Origin: an uncultured bacterium
GTDB taxonomy: Bacteria > Patescibacteriota > JABMPQ01 > CAVVCK01
Length of the DNA stretch: 64,000 bases
Direction of reading: 5' to 3'
Assembly: GCA_963746775.1 (NCBI GenBank)
Contig: CAVVCK010000001.1
Coordinates: forward strand, 19,050-83,049
Shown one piece after another: positions 19,786 through 28,708 of the stretch. Made by a program: the position numbers and the translations under genes. The notes beneath the pieces were generated by a model, which did no database searches, was not told the origin of the DNA, and worked only from the letters and a program-made list of their open reading frames with translations. How positions within the stretch are numbered: position 1 is the stretch's first letter; every line of letters starts with the position of its first letter.

Positions 19786-20544
19786 TTATAAATTAAAAAA
19801 TTTAATTGCATTATTTGTGGTAATCTTAGCTACTTCTTCAAAACTTACTCCTTTTATTTCAGCTACTTTCTCAGCCACATACTTTATATAAGCTGGTTCA
19901 TTTCTCTCTCCTCGATAAGGTTCTGGCGCTAATAGAGGCGCATCTGTTTCAATCATTATCCGATCCAGAGGAGTGGCTTCCACTGCTTTACAGGACCCAA
20001 TATCATAAGTAATAAGCCCAGTATAGGATATAAATAATCCTTTTTCAATAATACTACTTACCTTTTTGTAGCTTGAAGAATAGCAATGAATAACTGCCTT
20101 ATTTTTATGCCAATCATATTTACTTAAAATATTCATGACATTTTCAAAAGCATCTCTTATATGTAAAATTACCGGCAGCTTTAATTCTATAGCTAAACTA
20201 AGTTGTTTTTCAAAAACTTCTATTTGCTTTTCTTTTGAAACACTACCCGCATGATAATCAAGCCCTATCTCTCCAATAGCAACTACTTTTTTACTTTGTG
20301 CTATTTTTCTAAATAAATTCAAAACTTCTTCATCCAACACCAATGCTTCCTCTGGATGAATGCCTATAGCAGCATATACACCTTCATATTTTTTAGCTAA
20401 TTCTGGTCCTTTTTTAGAACCTTCTAAAGATGCGCCTATAGTTATAATTTTTTCAACTTGATTTTTACGTGCTCTATTTATAACTTCTACAAGATCATTT
20501 TCATAATCTTCCAGATCTAAATGAGCATGGGTATCAATTAACAT
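19786..20544 (-). CDS. tatD: TatD-family metal-dependent deoxyribonuclease
   Basis: N-terminal IDTHAHLD; conserved His and Glu TIM-barrel residues. Commonly linked to metG. Confidence 0.85.
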   Translation of the reverse strand: MLIDTHAHLDLEDYENDLVEVINRARKNQVEKIITIGASLEGSKKGPELAKKYEGVYAAIGIHPEEALVLDEEVLNLFRKIAQSKKVVAIGEIGLDYHAGSVSKEKQIEVFEKQLSLAIELKLPVILHIRDAFENVMNILSKYDWHKNKAVIHCYSSSYKKVSSIIEKGLFISYTGLITYDIGSCKAVEATPLDRIMIETDAPLLAPEPYRGERNEPAYIKYVAEKVAEIKGVSFEEVAKITTNNAIKFFNL

Positions 20545-20559
20545 CTATTTAAATTATCC

Positions 20560-20590
20560 CGCGCTTGCCCGCCGAAGAGGCGGATCTATC
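20560..20590. repeat. Copy of small GC-rich palindromic element (REP-C: TGCCCGCCG-N-AGAGGCGG)
   Basis: cttgcccgccgaagaggcggatc is near-identical to segments at 42403 and 45972, and related to 44806 and 45781. Confidence 0.4.
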
Positions 20591-20606
20591 CGCCTGTATT
20601 ATCGAA

Positions 20607-20948
20607 TTAACAAGTTAAATGGAAACAACCAATTACTTGAACACTCTCTTTTTCTAATTTATTATATTCCTCAACCGCACCATTAGTATTTTTGGCAATA
20701 AAATCTATTTTATTTTTCTTAACATAATCTAACACCTCTGGCATAATTCTCATTTTCCCATCTTGACCAGTACCAATCACAACTACTTCCGGCTCACTTT
20801 TTAATACTTTCTCTATGTCGGATAAAGTTAGTTTATGACCATCTTCTCGCCACCAATTTTCGCTAACTGATTTTGGTGTAACAATAACATCTGTATTATA
20901 AGTTTTGCCATTGATAGTAATTGAGCTAAATTGATATTTTTCTATCAT
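20607..20948 (-). CDS. Mth938-like (DUF498) domain protein
   Basis: Pattern ITINGKTY..DVIV...WW...HKL...PEVVVIGTGQ resembles the Mth938/NDUFAF3 fold. Confidence 0.45.
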   Translation of the reverse strand: MIEKYQFSSITINGKTYNTDVIVTPKSVSENWWREDGHKLTLSDIEKVLKSEPEVVVIGTGQDGKMRIMPEVLDYVKKNKIDFIAKNTNGAVEEYNKLEKESVQVIGCFHLTC

Positions 20949-20952
20949 AAAA

Positions 20953-22449
20953 TTAGATACGTGGAAATAACATTATTCCCTCTTTTATTTTTTCTATCCT
21001 AAATTTTCTCCATTGCTTAATTTCATCAAATGCTAATTTTTTATCATCCAAACATCCAATTTGTTCAATAATTTTATTAGAGGTATCTGGCATAAAAGGA
21101 TTAATCATAAAAGCAATGTGCCTGATCATTTCTAGAAGTGAAATCATTAGACTAGAAAATTCTTCTTGATTGGTTTTCTTTAACTCCCAAGGTTTTTTTT
21201 CATCAATATATTTATTACCAAAATCCATCAAAGCTCTTACGCTATTTAAACTTTTATCAATTTTAAAATCATTCATTGTTTCTGTATATTCCGTCCAAGC
21301 ATTTAGAGTCTTTTCTTTTATTTTCTCATCAATTTTAACCTCAGAATTCTCTACGCTTTGAGCTAATTTTAATACTCTACTAAATAAATTACCTAAATTA
21401 TTAGCTAATTGATTATTATATTGCTCATCAAATTTGTCTGCTTTTATATCACCATCTTGACCAAAAGGAAATTGAGATAATATTAAATATCTAGCTGCAT
21501 CTGCCCCATATTTTTCAATTAAATCATTGGGGTCTATTACATTACCTATAGTTTTACTCATTTTCTGTCCATCTATAGTAAAAAATCCATGAGCAAAAAT
21601 CGTTTTAGGCATAGGTAGGCCTGCAGCTAAGAGCATTGCTGGCCAATAAATAATATGAAACTTTATAATGTCCTTGGCCATCAATTGTACATCTGCCGGC
21701 CAAAACTTATTAAACATTTCTTGATCATTTTCATACCCTATAGTAGAAATATAAATTTGTAAGGCCTCTATCCAAACATATGAAACCTGATTTTCATCAA
21801 AAGGAAGTTTAATTCCCCATTTTACTGATTCCCTAGATATAGAAAAATCTTGCAAATCTTGCTTAAATAAACCCAGCACTTCTTTCTTAATATGCTCTGG
21901 CTCTACTTTTATTTCATTTGATTCTATTTTCTCCTTAACTTCTTTTAAATAATCTTTTAGCTTAAAAAAATAATTTTCTTCTGAAATTTTCTCTGGTTTT
22001 TTTTGATGATCTGGACACTTGTTATCAACTAGTTCTTTTTCTGTTATAAATTTTTCACAACCCGTACAATAAAGTCCTTCGTATTTATCCATGTATATAG
22101 CATCTTTATTCTTTAATAGAGTATAAAATTTTTCTACAGATTTTTTATGTTTTTCATTGGTGGTTCTAGCAAAAACATCATTAGAAATATTTAGACTGTC
22201 CCAAGTTCTCTCAAACCTTGCAGCCACTTCATCGCAAAATATTTGAGGCTCTTTTCCAGCCTTCTCTGCTGCCTGAGCAATTTTAGCACCATGCTCATCA
22301 GTTCCAGCCAAAAAAAATACTTCTTTACCCAATAAACGATTATAGCGCGCCAAAACATCAGCCGCAATCGTAGTATAGGCATGTCCTATGTGTGGCTTAT
22401 CATTTACATAATATATTGGTGTGGTGATATAGAATTTATTTTTATTCAT
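20953..22449 (-). CDS. metG: Methionyl-tRNA synthetase (short form, no C-terminal tRNA-binding domain)
   Basis: PIYYVNDKPHIGHAYTT (HIGH) and KMSKTIGN (KMSKS). CxxC...CxxC zinc knuckle. 498 aa. Confidence 0.9.
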   Translation of the reverse strand: MNKNKFYITTPIYYVNDKPHIGHAYTTIAADVLARYNRLLGKEVFFLAGTDEHGAKIAQAAEKAGKEPQIFCDEVAARFERTWDSLNISNDVFARTTNEKHKKSVEKFYTLLKNKDAIYMDKYEGLYCTGCEKFITEKELVDNKCPDHQKKPEKISEENYFFKLKDYLKEVKEKIESNEIKVEPEHIKKEVLGLFKQDLQDFSISRESVKWGIKLPFDENQVSYVWIEALQIYISTIGYENDQEMFNKFWPADVQLMAKDIIKFHIIYWPAMLLAAGLPMPKTIFAHGFFTIDGQKMSKTIGNVIDPNDLIEKYGADAARYLILSQFPFGQDGDIKADKFDEQYNNQLANNLGNLFSRVLKLAQSVENSEVKIDEKIKEKTLNAWTEYTETMNDFKIDKSLNSVRALMDFGNKYIDEKKPWELKKTNQEEFSSLMISLLEMIRHIAFMINPFMPDTSNKIIEQIGCLDDKKLAFDEIKQWRKFRIEKIKEGIMLFPRI

Positions 22450-22891
22450 TTTTACTTTCTAATAATTTTTTATATGCAAATCCTTTTTTAATCATACGCA
22501 AAGCATTTGGCCACACAAACTTATAATTTTTCGATTCTTCTTCGGTAACCCATTTAAACCGATTGTGTTCATTACTTAACTTTATTTTATCACTATCATT
22601 TTTAATTAAACTAGCAATACCGCACACAGAAGTTCCAATATCAGTATACCAGATATCATAATCAACAACCTCAATTTTATTAAAACTTGAAAAATCTAAT
22701 TCTTCTTTGATTTCTCTCTTAAAAGCTTCCTTGCCTGATTCACCCCTATCTAATCTTCCTCCAGGTAATCCCCAATATCCTAATCTATCGGCAAACTCTA
22801 AAATTAAACACTTATTATCTCTAATCAAAACACCAACCTGACTAATGGTAAATTTTTCAAACTCTTTTGCCATATTATTTTTTACCTTCAA
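22442..22891 (-). CDS. Nudix hydrolase
   Basis: Nudix box GGRLDRGESGKEAFKREIKEELD. Its 3' end overlaps the metG start by 8 nt. Confidence 0.75.
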   Translation of the reverse strand: MKVKNNMAKEFEKFTISQVGVLIRDNKCLILEFADRLGYWGLPGGRLDRGESGKEAFKREIKEELDFSSFNKIEVVDYDIWYTDIGTSVCGIASLIKNDSDKIKLSNEHNRFKWVTEEESKNYKFVWPNALRMIKKGFAYKKLLESKNE

Positions 22892-23546
22892 TTATTACTA
22901 CAAATTCTCCTTTTATTTTATCTTTATTATTTTCAAAATAATTTAAAGCATCTTCGCTGCTGCCTCTAATAATTTCTTCAAACATTTTGGTTAATTCCCG
23001 ACAAACAACAACTTTTCTATTACCTACATTTAAACTTTCTAAAGTTTTTAAAATTCTATGTACAGATTCATAAAATACTACTGTTTTTTCTTCCTCTGCT
23101 ATTTCCCTAAAAATAGTTTCTCTTCCTTTTTTAGTAGGTAGAAAACCTAAGAACACAAATTTATCAGTATTTAACCCCGATACGCTCAGAGCAGTAATTA
23201 TGGCTGATGGCCCAGGAATAGGTACTATTTTTATTTTGTTTATCTTTTCAACCGCCTCTACTAATTTTCTTCCAGGATCTGATATGCCAGGCGTACCCGC
23301 ATCAGATACCAAAGCTAAATTCTTACCTTCTGTTAAACTATTTACGATATAATCAATTTTAGTAATTTTGCTATGTTGATGATATGAAATTAACTTTTTA
23401 TCTATTTTGTAATGATCTAATAATACTTTAGTTTTTCTGGTATCTTCACATAAAATATAATCAACTTTCTTTAATATTTCTAAGGCCCTTATAGTAATAT
23501 CATCTAAGTTACCAATGGGCGTAGCTACTATATATAAAATTCCCAT
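22875..23546 (-). CDS. rsmI: 16S rRNA (cytidine1402-2'-O)-methyltransferase RsmI
   Basis: Tetrapyrrole-methylase-fold N-terminus LYIVATPIGNLDDIT...ILCEDTR is typical of RsmI. Confidence 0.85.
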   Translation of the reverse strand: MGILYIVATPIGNLDDITIRALEILKKVDYILCEDTRKTKVLLDHYKIDKKLISYHQHSKITKIDYIVNSLTEGKNLALVSDAGTPGISDPGRKLVEAVEKINKIKIVPIPGPSAIITALSVSGLNTDKFVFLGFLPTKKGRETIFREIAEEEKTVVFYESVHRILKTLESLNVGNRKVVVCRELTKMFEEIIRGSSEDALNYFENNKDKIKGEFVVIIEGKK

Positions 23547-23567
23547 AATAATTTACTTTTTACCAAA

Positions 23568-24731
23568 TTATTTTTTTCTATTGATAGGGCAAATCATCCC
23601 CTTTAACTTTTTCTTTTGCTCTATTTCTTTTTCAGTTAAACCTTCTATTTCCACCTTATCATTTGAACATATTTGTTCTTTCAATTCCGCCACTTCACGC
23701 GCATCTTTCATTTCAAAAATATCTTTCAGAAAAACTTGCAAGGCTGTAGCAATAGGCACAGCTATAATAGCTCCCATAATTCCTGCTATTTTACTGCCAA
23801 CTAATATAACTAATATTACAATCAAAGGATTTAAGCCAACTGTTTTTCCCATTACTTTAGGTACGATAATGTGATTCTCCAGCTGCTGAACAACAAGATA
23901 AAGGACTATTACTGAGAGACCAGCCACAGGAGATTGGTTAAAAGCTAGAAATACAGCCGGAATAGCAGCCATAATAGGACCAATATATGGCACTATCTCA
24001 AATATAGCTGCTAATAATGCTAAAATTAAAGCATACTTTACATTTAAAACAGTTAAACCTATAAAAATAAAAACACCAACAATCAACCCTAAGGTTAACT
24101 GGCCTCTAAGCCATAAGCCTATTTGCCCCTGTATTCTTTTCACTAAATCTTCAATATATGGCCTATGCTTAGTGGGAGTAATTGACCTGATGAATTTTTT
24201 AAAATTATTTTCTTCAACTGTAAAGTAAAATGATAAAACAAATATTATAATTAATGTAAATATACCTCCCAAAAATCCCGATAAAGTAGCATATATGTTA
24301 GTTGCTAAATCTCCAACCTTGCCTGTGAGTGTTTTAGTTAATTCTTCTGCATTGCCAATCCCTTGCTCAAATATATTAAAATTTTCTCCTAAATAATTAG
24401 ATACTATCTCAAAATACTGGGGCAATATTATAATCAACTGCTGCATTTGATCTATAATGGGCGGTACTAAAACATAAATTATTAAAGCAACTATAGCTAC
24501 TAGAAAAATATAAACTACCAACAAAGAAATAGTCCTTGGAATTCTTCTCTTCTGAAAAAAATCTATCAAAGGATCAAGTCCCGAAGCAATTACAATTGCT
24601 ACAAATATTATTAAAAGCAAATCTCTAACTAAATAAAGAAATATAACTAGAATTACAAAAGCAATTAATTTAAAAAAGGAATGAGAAGATAAGTCGAATA
24701 CTATTTTCTTATTTTCAGTATTGGTTGCCAT
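23568..24731 (-). CDS. AI-2E family transporter (PerM/YhhT-like permease)
   Basis: Polytopic membrane protein with conserved C-terminal region GIMGAIIAVPIATALQVFLKD. Confidence 0.65.
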   Translation of the reverse strand: MATNTENKKIVFDLSSHSFFKLIAFVILVIFLYLVRDLLLIIFVAIVIASGLDPLIDFFQKRRIPRTISLLVVYIFLVAIVALIIYVLVPPIIDQMQQLIIILPQYFEIVSNYLGENFNIFEQGIGNAEELTKTLTGKVGDLATNIYATLSGFLGGIFTLIIIFVLSFYFTVEENNFKKFIRSITPTKHRPYIEDLVKRIQGQIGLWLRGQLTLGLIVGVFIFIGLTVLNVKYALILALLAAIFEIVPYIGPIMAAIPAVFLAFNQSPVAGLSVIVLYLVVQQLENHIIVPKVMGKTVGLNPLIVILVILVGSKIAGIMGAIIAVPIATALQVFLKDIFEMKDAREVAELKEQICSNDKVEIEGLTEKEIEQKKKLKGMICPINRKK

Positions 24732-24733
24732 TT

Positions 24734-25996
24734 TTATATTTTTAATATTTTTTCAAACTTATTTTTGTCCTGATGAGGACCAATAATTGATAAATTTAAT
24801 TTATTATTTAAAAACACATCACTAGCCACATTCTCTATCTCTTTCGCAGTAACATTTTCTATATTTTTAAATAATTGTTCCTCAGTCTCTATCTCATCTT
24901 TTAAAATCTTTTGATTGGTTAGAAAAGAAGCAAGTTCATCTGAAGTCTCCAAGCCTATCATCATTTTCCCTCTAATATTCTCCTTGGCTTTATTGATTTC
25001 TTTAATAGATACGCCCTTGCTTAAAACTTTTTTAAATTCATTAATACTGGCTTCTATAGCTTTTATAGCCTTTTTATTATCTACCCCGGCTTGCACCACA
25101 AAATAGCCTGAGTCTGTAAATGTCTCAATGCCAGATCTAATATAATAAGCAAGCCCTAATTTCTCCCTAACTTCAAGAAATAGCTTAGAGCTCATAGTTT
25201 CACCTAGTATTGTAGATAGAATTTTTAAAGCATATTTATTCTTATTAAAAACATCATAAGCTCTAAAACCTAAGCAAAAATGTGTCTGATCAGTTTTTTT
25301 GTTCATTAAATAAAAAGCTGGTTTAATTTGTTTTTCAGTTACTTTTTTCTTTCTCTCTGGCTTACCCTGCTTAATATTTTTAAAATATTTTTCTGTCAAA
25401 CTTTTAAATTTGTTTTCACTAATATCACCAGCTAAGCATAAGACTGTATTTTCTGCCAAATAATGTTTTTTGTAATATTTAACAAAATTATCTCTTTTCA
25501 TAGAATTAACACTTTTCTTATCCCCTATTATCAACCTGCCAGCAGGTTGTCCTTTATAAAGTAATTCCTCAAATTTTTCACCGACATAGGCCATTGGATT
25601 ATCTTGGTACATATTCATCTCCTCAATAATTACACCCTTTTCTCTTTCGATATCTTCTGATCTAAATTTTGAATTAAGCAAAATATCTGATATAAAATCA
25701 AAGGCTCTTTCAATATGTTCCGTAGCTACTTTGGCATAAAATCCGGTATATTCTTTGGAAGTAAAAGCATTATATTCTCCACCTATTTCATCTAAATACT
25801 CCGATATTGTCTTAGTATTCGGTCTTTTAGCAGTACCTTTAAAAAACATGTGTTCTAAAAAATGCGATAAACCTGCTATTTTATCTTCTTCGTATTTTGA
25901 GCCAACTTTAACCATAACTAATAACGTCGCTGCTTTGCTTTTTATAGGCGCGTGTATTAAGTTTAATCCTGATTTTAATCTATATTCTTTAAACAT
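24734..25996 (-). CDS. M16-family (pitrilysin/insulinase-like) zinc peptidase
   Basis: Inverted zinc motif HFLEHMFFKGT (HxxEH) followed by a downstream Glu-containing region. Confidence 0.8.
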   Translation of the reverse strand: MFKEYRLKSGLNLIHAPIKSKAATLLVMVKVGSKYEEDKIAGLSHFLEHMFFKGTAKRPNTKTISEYLDEIGGEYNAFTSKEYTGFYAKVATEHIERAFDFISDILLNSKFRSEDIEREKGVIIEEMNMYQDNPMAYVGEKFEELLYKGQPAGRLIIGDKKSVNSMKRDNFVKYYKKHYLAENTVLCLAGDISENKFKSLTEKYFKNIKQGKPERKKKVTEKQIKPAFYLMNKKTDQTHFCLGFRAYDVFNKNKYALKILSTILGETMSSKLFLEVREKLGLAYYIRSGIETFTDSGYFVVQAGVDNKKAIKAIEASINEFKKVLSKGVSIKEINKAKENIRGKMMIGLETSDELASFLTNQKILKDEIETEEQLFKNIENVTAKEIENVASDVFLNNKLNLSIIGPHQDKNKFEKILKI

Positions 25997-25997
25997 T

Positions 25998-27389
25998 TTA
26001 TTTAGTTTTAAATAATTCTTCTTTTAAATAATTTTTCAAATCTTTTATGTCCTTTCTTTTTTGCTCCATACTATCTCTATCTCTTACAGTAACTGTATTA
26101 TTTCCCAAACTATCAAAATCAACCGTTACACAATAAGGTGTACCAATTTCATCTTGTCTTCTATATCTTTTTCCAATATTGCCATTATCATCAAATTCAC
26201 AGACAAAATCGTCTTTCAAATCATTAAATATTTCTTTTGCCTTACTTACTAATTCTGGTTTGTTCTTTAATAGAGGAAAAATTGCTACTTTAACTGGAGC
26301 TAATTCCTTTCTAAATTTCATAACAATTCTTGTATCCCCTTTTTCAGTTTTTTCTTCAGTATAAGCCGAAAGCATGGCCACTAATAATGCTCTATCTACT
26401 CCAAAAGTAGGCTCTAGCACATGTGGTACATATCTTTTATTTGTTTTAGGATCTAGATATTCTAATTTTTGTCCTGAAAATTTAGCATGTTGTGTTAAAT
26501 CGAAATCACCTCTATGAGCCAGTCCAAAAAGTTCACTAAAGCCAAAAGGGAAATCATATTCAATATCTACGGTTTTTTTAGAATAATGAGATAATTTTTC
26601 TTTAGGGTGTTCATACTCTCTTATCTTTTTACCTTGCTTACCGTCAGTTAAAATATTATTTACAAAACCCTTTTGTTTACTTAACCATTCCTCAAATAAT
26701 CTTTCCCAATCAGCTTCAGGATCTATAAAGTATTCAATTTCCATCTGTTCAAATTCTCGAAGACGAAATATAAAGTTACCAGCCACAATTTCATTGCGAA
26801 AGGCTTTACCGATCTGAGCTATGCCGAAGGGAACCTTCATCCTGGTCGAATCCAAAATATTTTTAAATTCAATAAATATAGCCTGGGCTGTCTCTGGTCT
26901 CAAATAAACATTTTCTTCTTTCACTCCATTCATTTGAGTTTTAAACATCATGTTGAAATTTCTCACCTCAGTCCAACTAGAACTCCCGCAATCAGGACAT
27001 CTAACCTTTTCCTCCTGTAAAATTTTAGTCATTTCATCTAATTTTCCCTCTAAATCTTTGCCTGTAGCTTCTTCCACTAAATGATCTGCTCTAAATCTGT
27101 TTTTACATTTTTTACAATCTACCATAGCATCATTAAAACTCTCCGTATGGCCTGATGCTTCCCAAACCTTGGGATGTAAAATAATGGGTCCATCAATACC
27201 TACTATATCCTCTCTATCATGCACAAACATTTTCCACCAAGTAGATTTTATATTATTTTTAAGCTCTACACCATAAGGACCATAAGTATAAGTATTAGCA
27301 AAACCACCATAAATATCCGAAGAAGGAAATATAAAACCCCTACGCTTAGCTAATGATATGATTTTTTCCATTAAATTTTGTTTTTCCAT
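25998..27389 (-). CDS. glyQS: Glycyl-tRNA synthetase, alpha2 (eukaryote/archaeal-like) type
   Basis: Class II motifs; N-terminus FIFPSSDIYGGFANTYTYGPYGVELK. C-terminal anticodon-binding domain. 463 aa. Confidence 0.9.
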   Translation of the reverse strand: MEKQNLMEKIISLAKRRGFIFPSSDIYGGFANTYTYGPYGVELKNNIKSTWWKMFVHDREDIVGIDGPIILHPKVWEASGHTESFNDAMVDCKKCKNRFRADHLVEEATGKDLEGKLDEMTKILQEEKVRCPDCGSSSWTEVRNFNMMFKTQMNGVKEENVYLRPETAQAIFIEFKNILDSTRMKVPFGIAQIGKAFRNEIVAGNFIFRLREFEQMEIEYFIDPEADWERLFEEWLSKQKGFVNNILTDGKQGKKIREYEHPKEKLSHYSKKTVDIEYDFPFGFSELFGLAHRGDFDLTQHAKFSGQKLEYLDPKTNKRYVPHVLEPTFGVDRALLVAMLSAYTEEKTEKGDTRIVMKFRKELAPVKVAIFPLLKNKPELVSKAKEIFNDLKDDFVCEFDDNGNIGKRYRRQDEIGTPYCVTVDFDSLGNNTVTVRDRDSMEQKRKDIKDLKNYLKEELFKTK

Positions 27390-27474
27390 TTTTTAAATCG
27401 TTTAGTATTTTTTCAAACACAAAAACTCATATATGATTAAATTATATCACGAAAAAAATAATAATAAAGCCAAA

Positions 27475-28563
27475 CTAAGCTAAACTAGCTCTTATTTTTT
27501 CCATTAAACGCATATAAAATCTTACATTATGAATTGTAGCCAATCTTTGGACCAAATAATCTTCAGACATAAATAGATGGCGCAAATAGGCTTTAGTATA
27601 ATTCTGACAAGTTAAACAGTCACATTTCGAATCAAGCGGAGTAAAATCATTTTTATATTTTTCGTTTAATATTTTAATTGTTTTATATTTTAAATTATTG
27701 AGGCTATCAAATTTTAGTTCAGCAAACAAAAATCCATGCCGTGCATTCCTTGATGGTATCACACAATCAAACATATCAATACCACACTTTACTGCTTCGG
27801 TTATATCTTCCGGCATACCAACCCCCATCAAATATCTAGGCTTGTTTTTAGGCAATAAGTCAGTAGTAAAATTAGCTATTTTGTACATTTCATTTTTAGA
27901 CTCCCCGACAGCTAATCCTCCAATAGCATAGCCATCAAATCCTATATCAATTAAATCCTCAACACTTTTCTCCCTTAAATCTTTAAATGTTCCTCCTTGA
28001 ACAATACCAAATAATAAAGGTTTTTTGTTTTTTAATTTATTATTTTCTTTTTTACATCTTTGAGCCCATCTGGTAGTTAGCTCAACTGAATCCTGGATAT
28101 ATTCATACTCAGCAGGTAACGCTACGCATTCATCTAAAACCATAATAATATCTGATCCTAGGTCTCTTTGTATTCTTATAGCTTTCTCAGGTGTTAATAC
28201 ATACTCATGACCATCGATATGAGATTTAAATTTTACTCCTTCTTCACTAATTCTTCTAAATTTAGCTAAACTAAATACTTGAAAACCTCCACTATCGGTT
28301 AGAATCGGTTTATCCCAATTCATAAATCCATGCAATCCGCCTGCTTTTTTTATTATCTTCTCCCCAGGTCTTAATAATAAATGATAGGTATTACTTAATA
28401 ATATTTGCGTACCAAGATCTTCCATATCCAAAGAAGAAAGACCTTTGACTGCTCCTTTAGTTGCAATCGGCATAAAAAAAGGGGTTTCAATTTTACCATG
28501 CCTAGTGGTCAATCTACCCCTTCTTGCTTTTGAATTTTTATCTTCTTTAATTAATTTAAACAT
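27475..28563 (-). CDS. tgt: Queuine tRNA-ribosyltransferase
   Basis: GKIETPFFMPIATKG, DSGGFQ and C-terminal zinc-site cysteines CDCLTCQNYT. Confidence 0.9.
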   Translation of the reverse strand: MFKLIKEDKNSKARRGRLTTRHGKIETPFFMPIATKGAVKGLSSLDMEDLGTQILLSNTYHLLLRPGEKIIKKAGGLHGFMNWDKPILTDSGGFQVFSLAKFRRISEEGVKFKSHIDGHEYVLTPEKAIRIQRDLGSDIIMVLDECVALPAEYEYIQDSVELTTRWAQRCKKENNKLKNKKPLLFGIVQGGTFKDLREKSVEDLIDIGFDGYAIGGLAVGESKNEMYKIANFTTDLLPKNKPRYLMGVGMPEDITEAVKCGIDMFDCVIPSRNARHGFLFAELKFDSLNNLKYKTIKILNEKYKNDFTPLDSKCDCLTCQNYTKAYLRHLFMSEDYLVQRLATIHNVRFYMRLMEKIRASLA

Positions 28564-28597
28564 TTTCTATTTTAATGTGGATTACAAAATAAATAAT

Positions 28598-28676
28598 TAT
28601 CCGCGATATCCGCTATAATCCGCTTATCCGTAATACTATAAAAAGTAGATTTGGCGAATTTATGCGGATAAGCGGA
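28598..28676. promoter_or_regulatory. Cluster of direct and inverted ATCCGC / TTATCCG(C/T) repeats upstream of tgt
   Basis: ttatccgcg, atccgctat, aatccgctt, ttatccgta, then the inverted atgcggataagcgg. Possibly an operator; the repeats are also DnaA-box-like (TTATCCACA). Confidence 0.3.
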
Positions 28677-28708
28677 AAAATATATAAGGAATTTCGTAAT
28701 TCTCACAT

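Noticed and set aside
28598-28676. Chromosomal origin (oriC) call from DnaA-box-like repeats
   Set aside because: The half-sites differ from the DnaA box at two positions. No dnaA/dnaN gene is adjacent and no AT-rich DUE is evident. The region is kept only as a low-confidence regulatory repeat.
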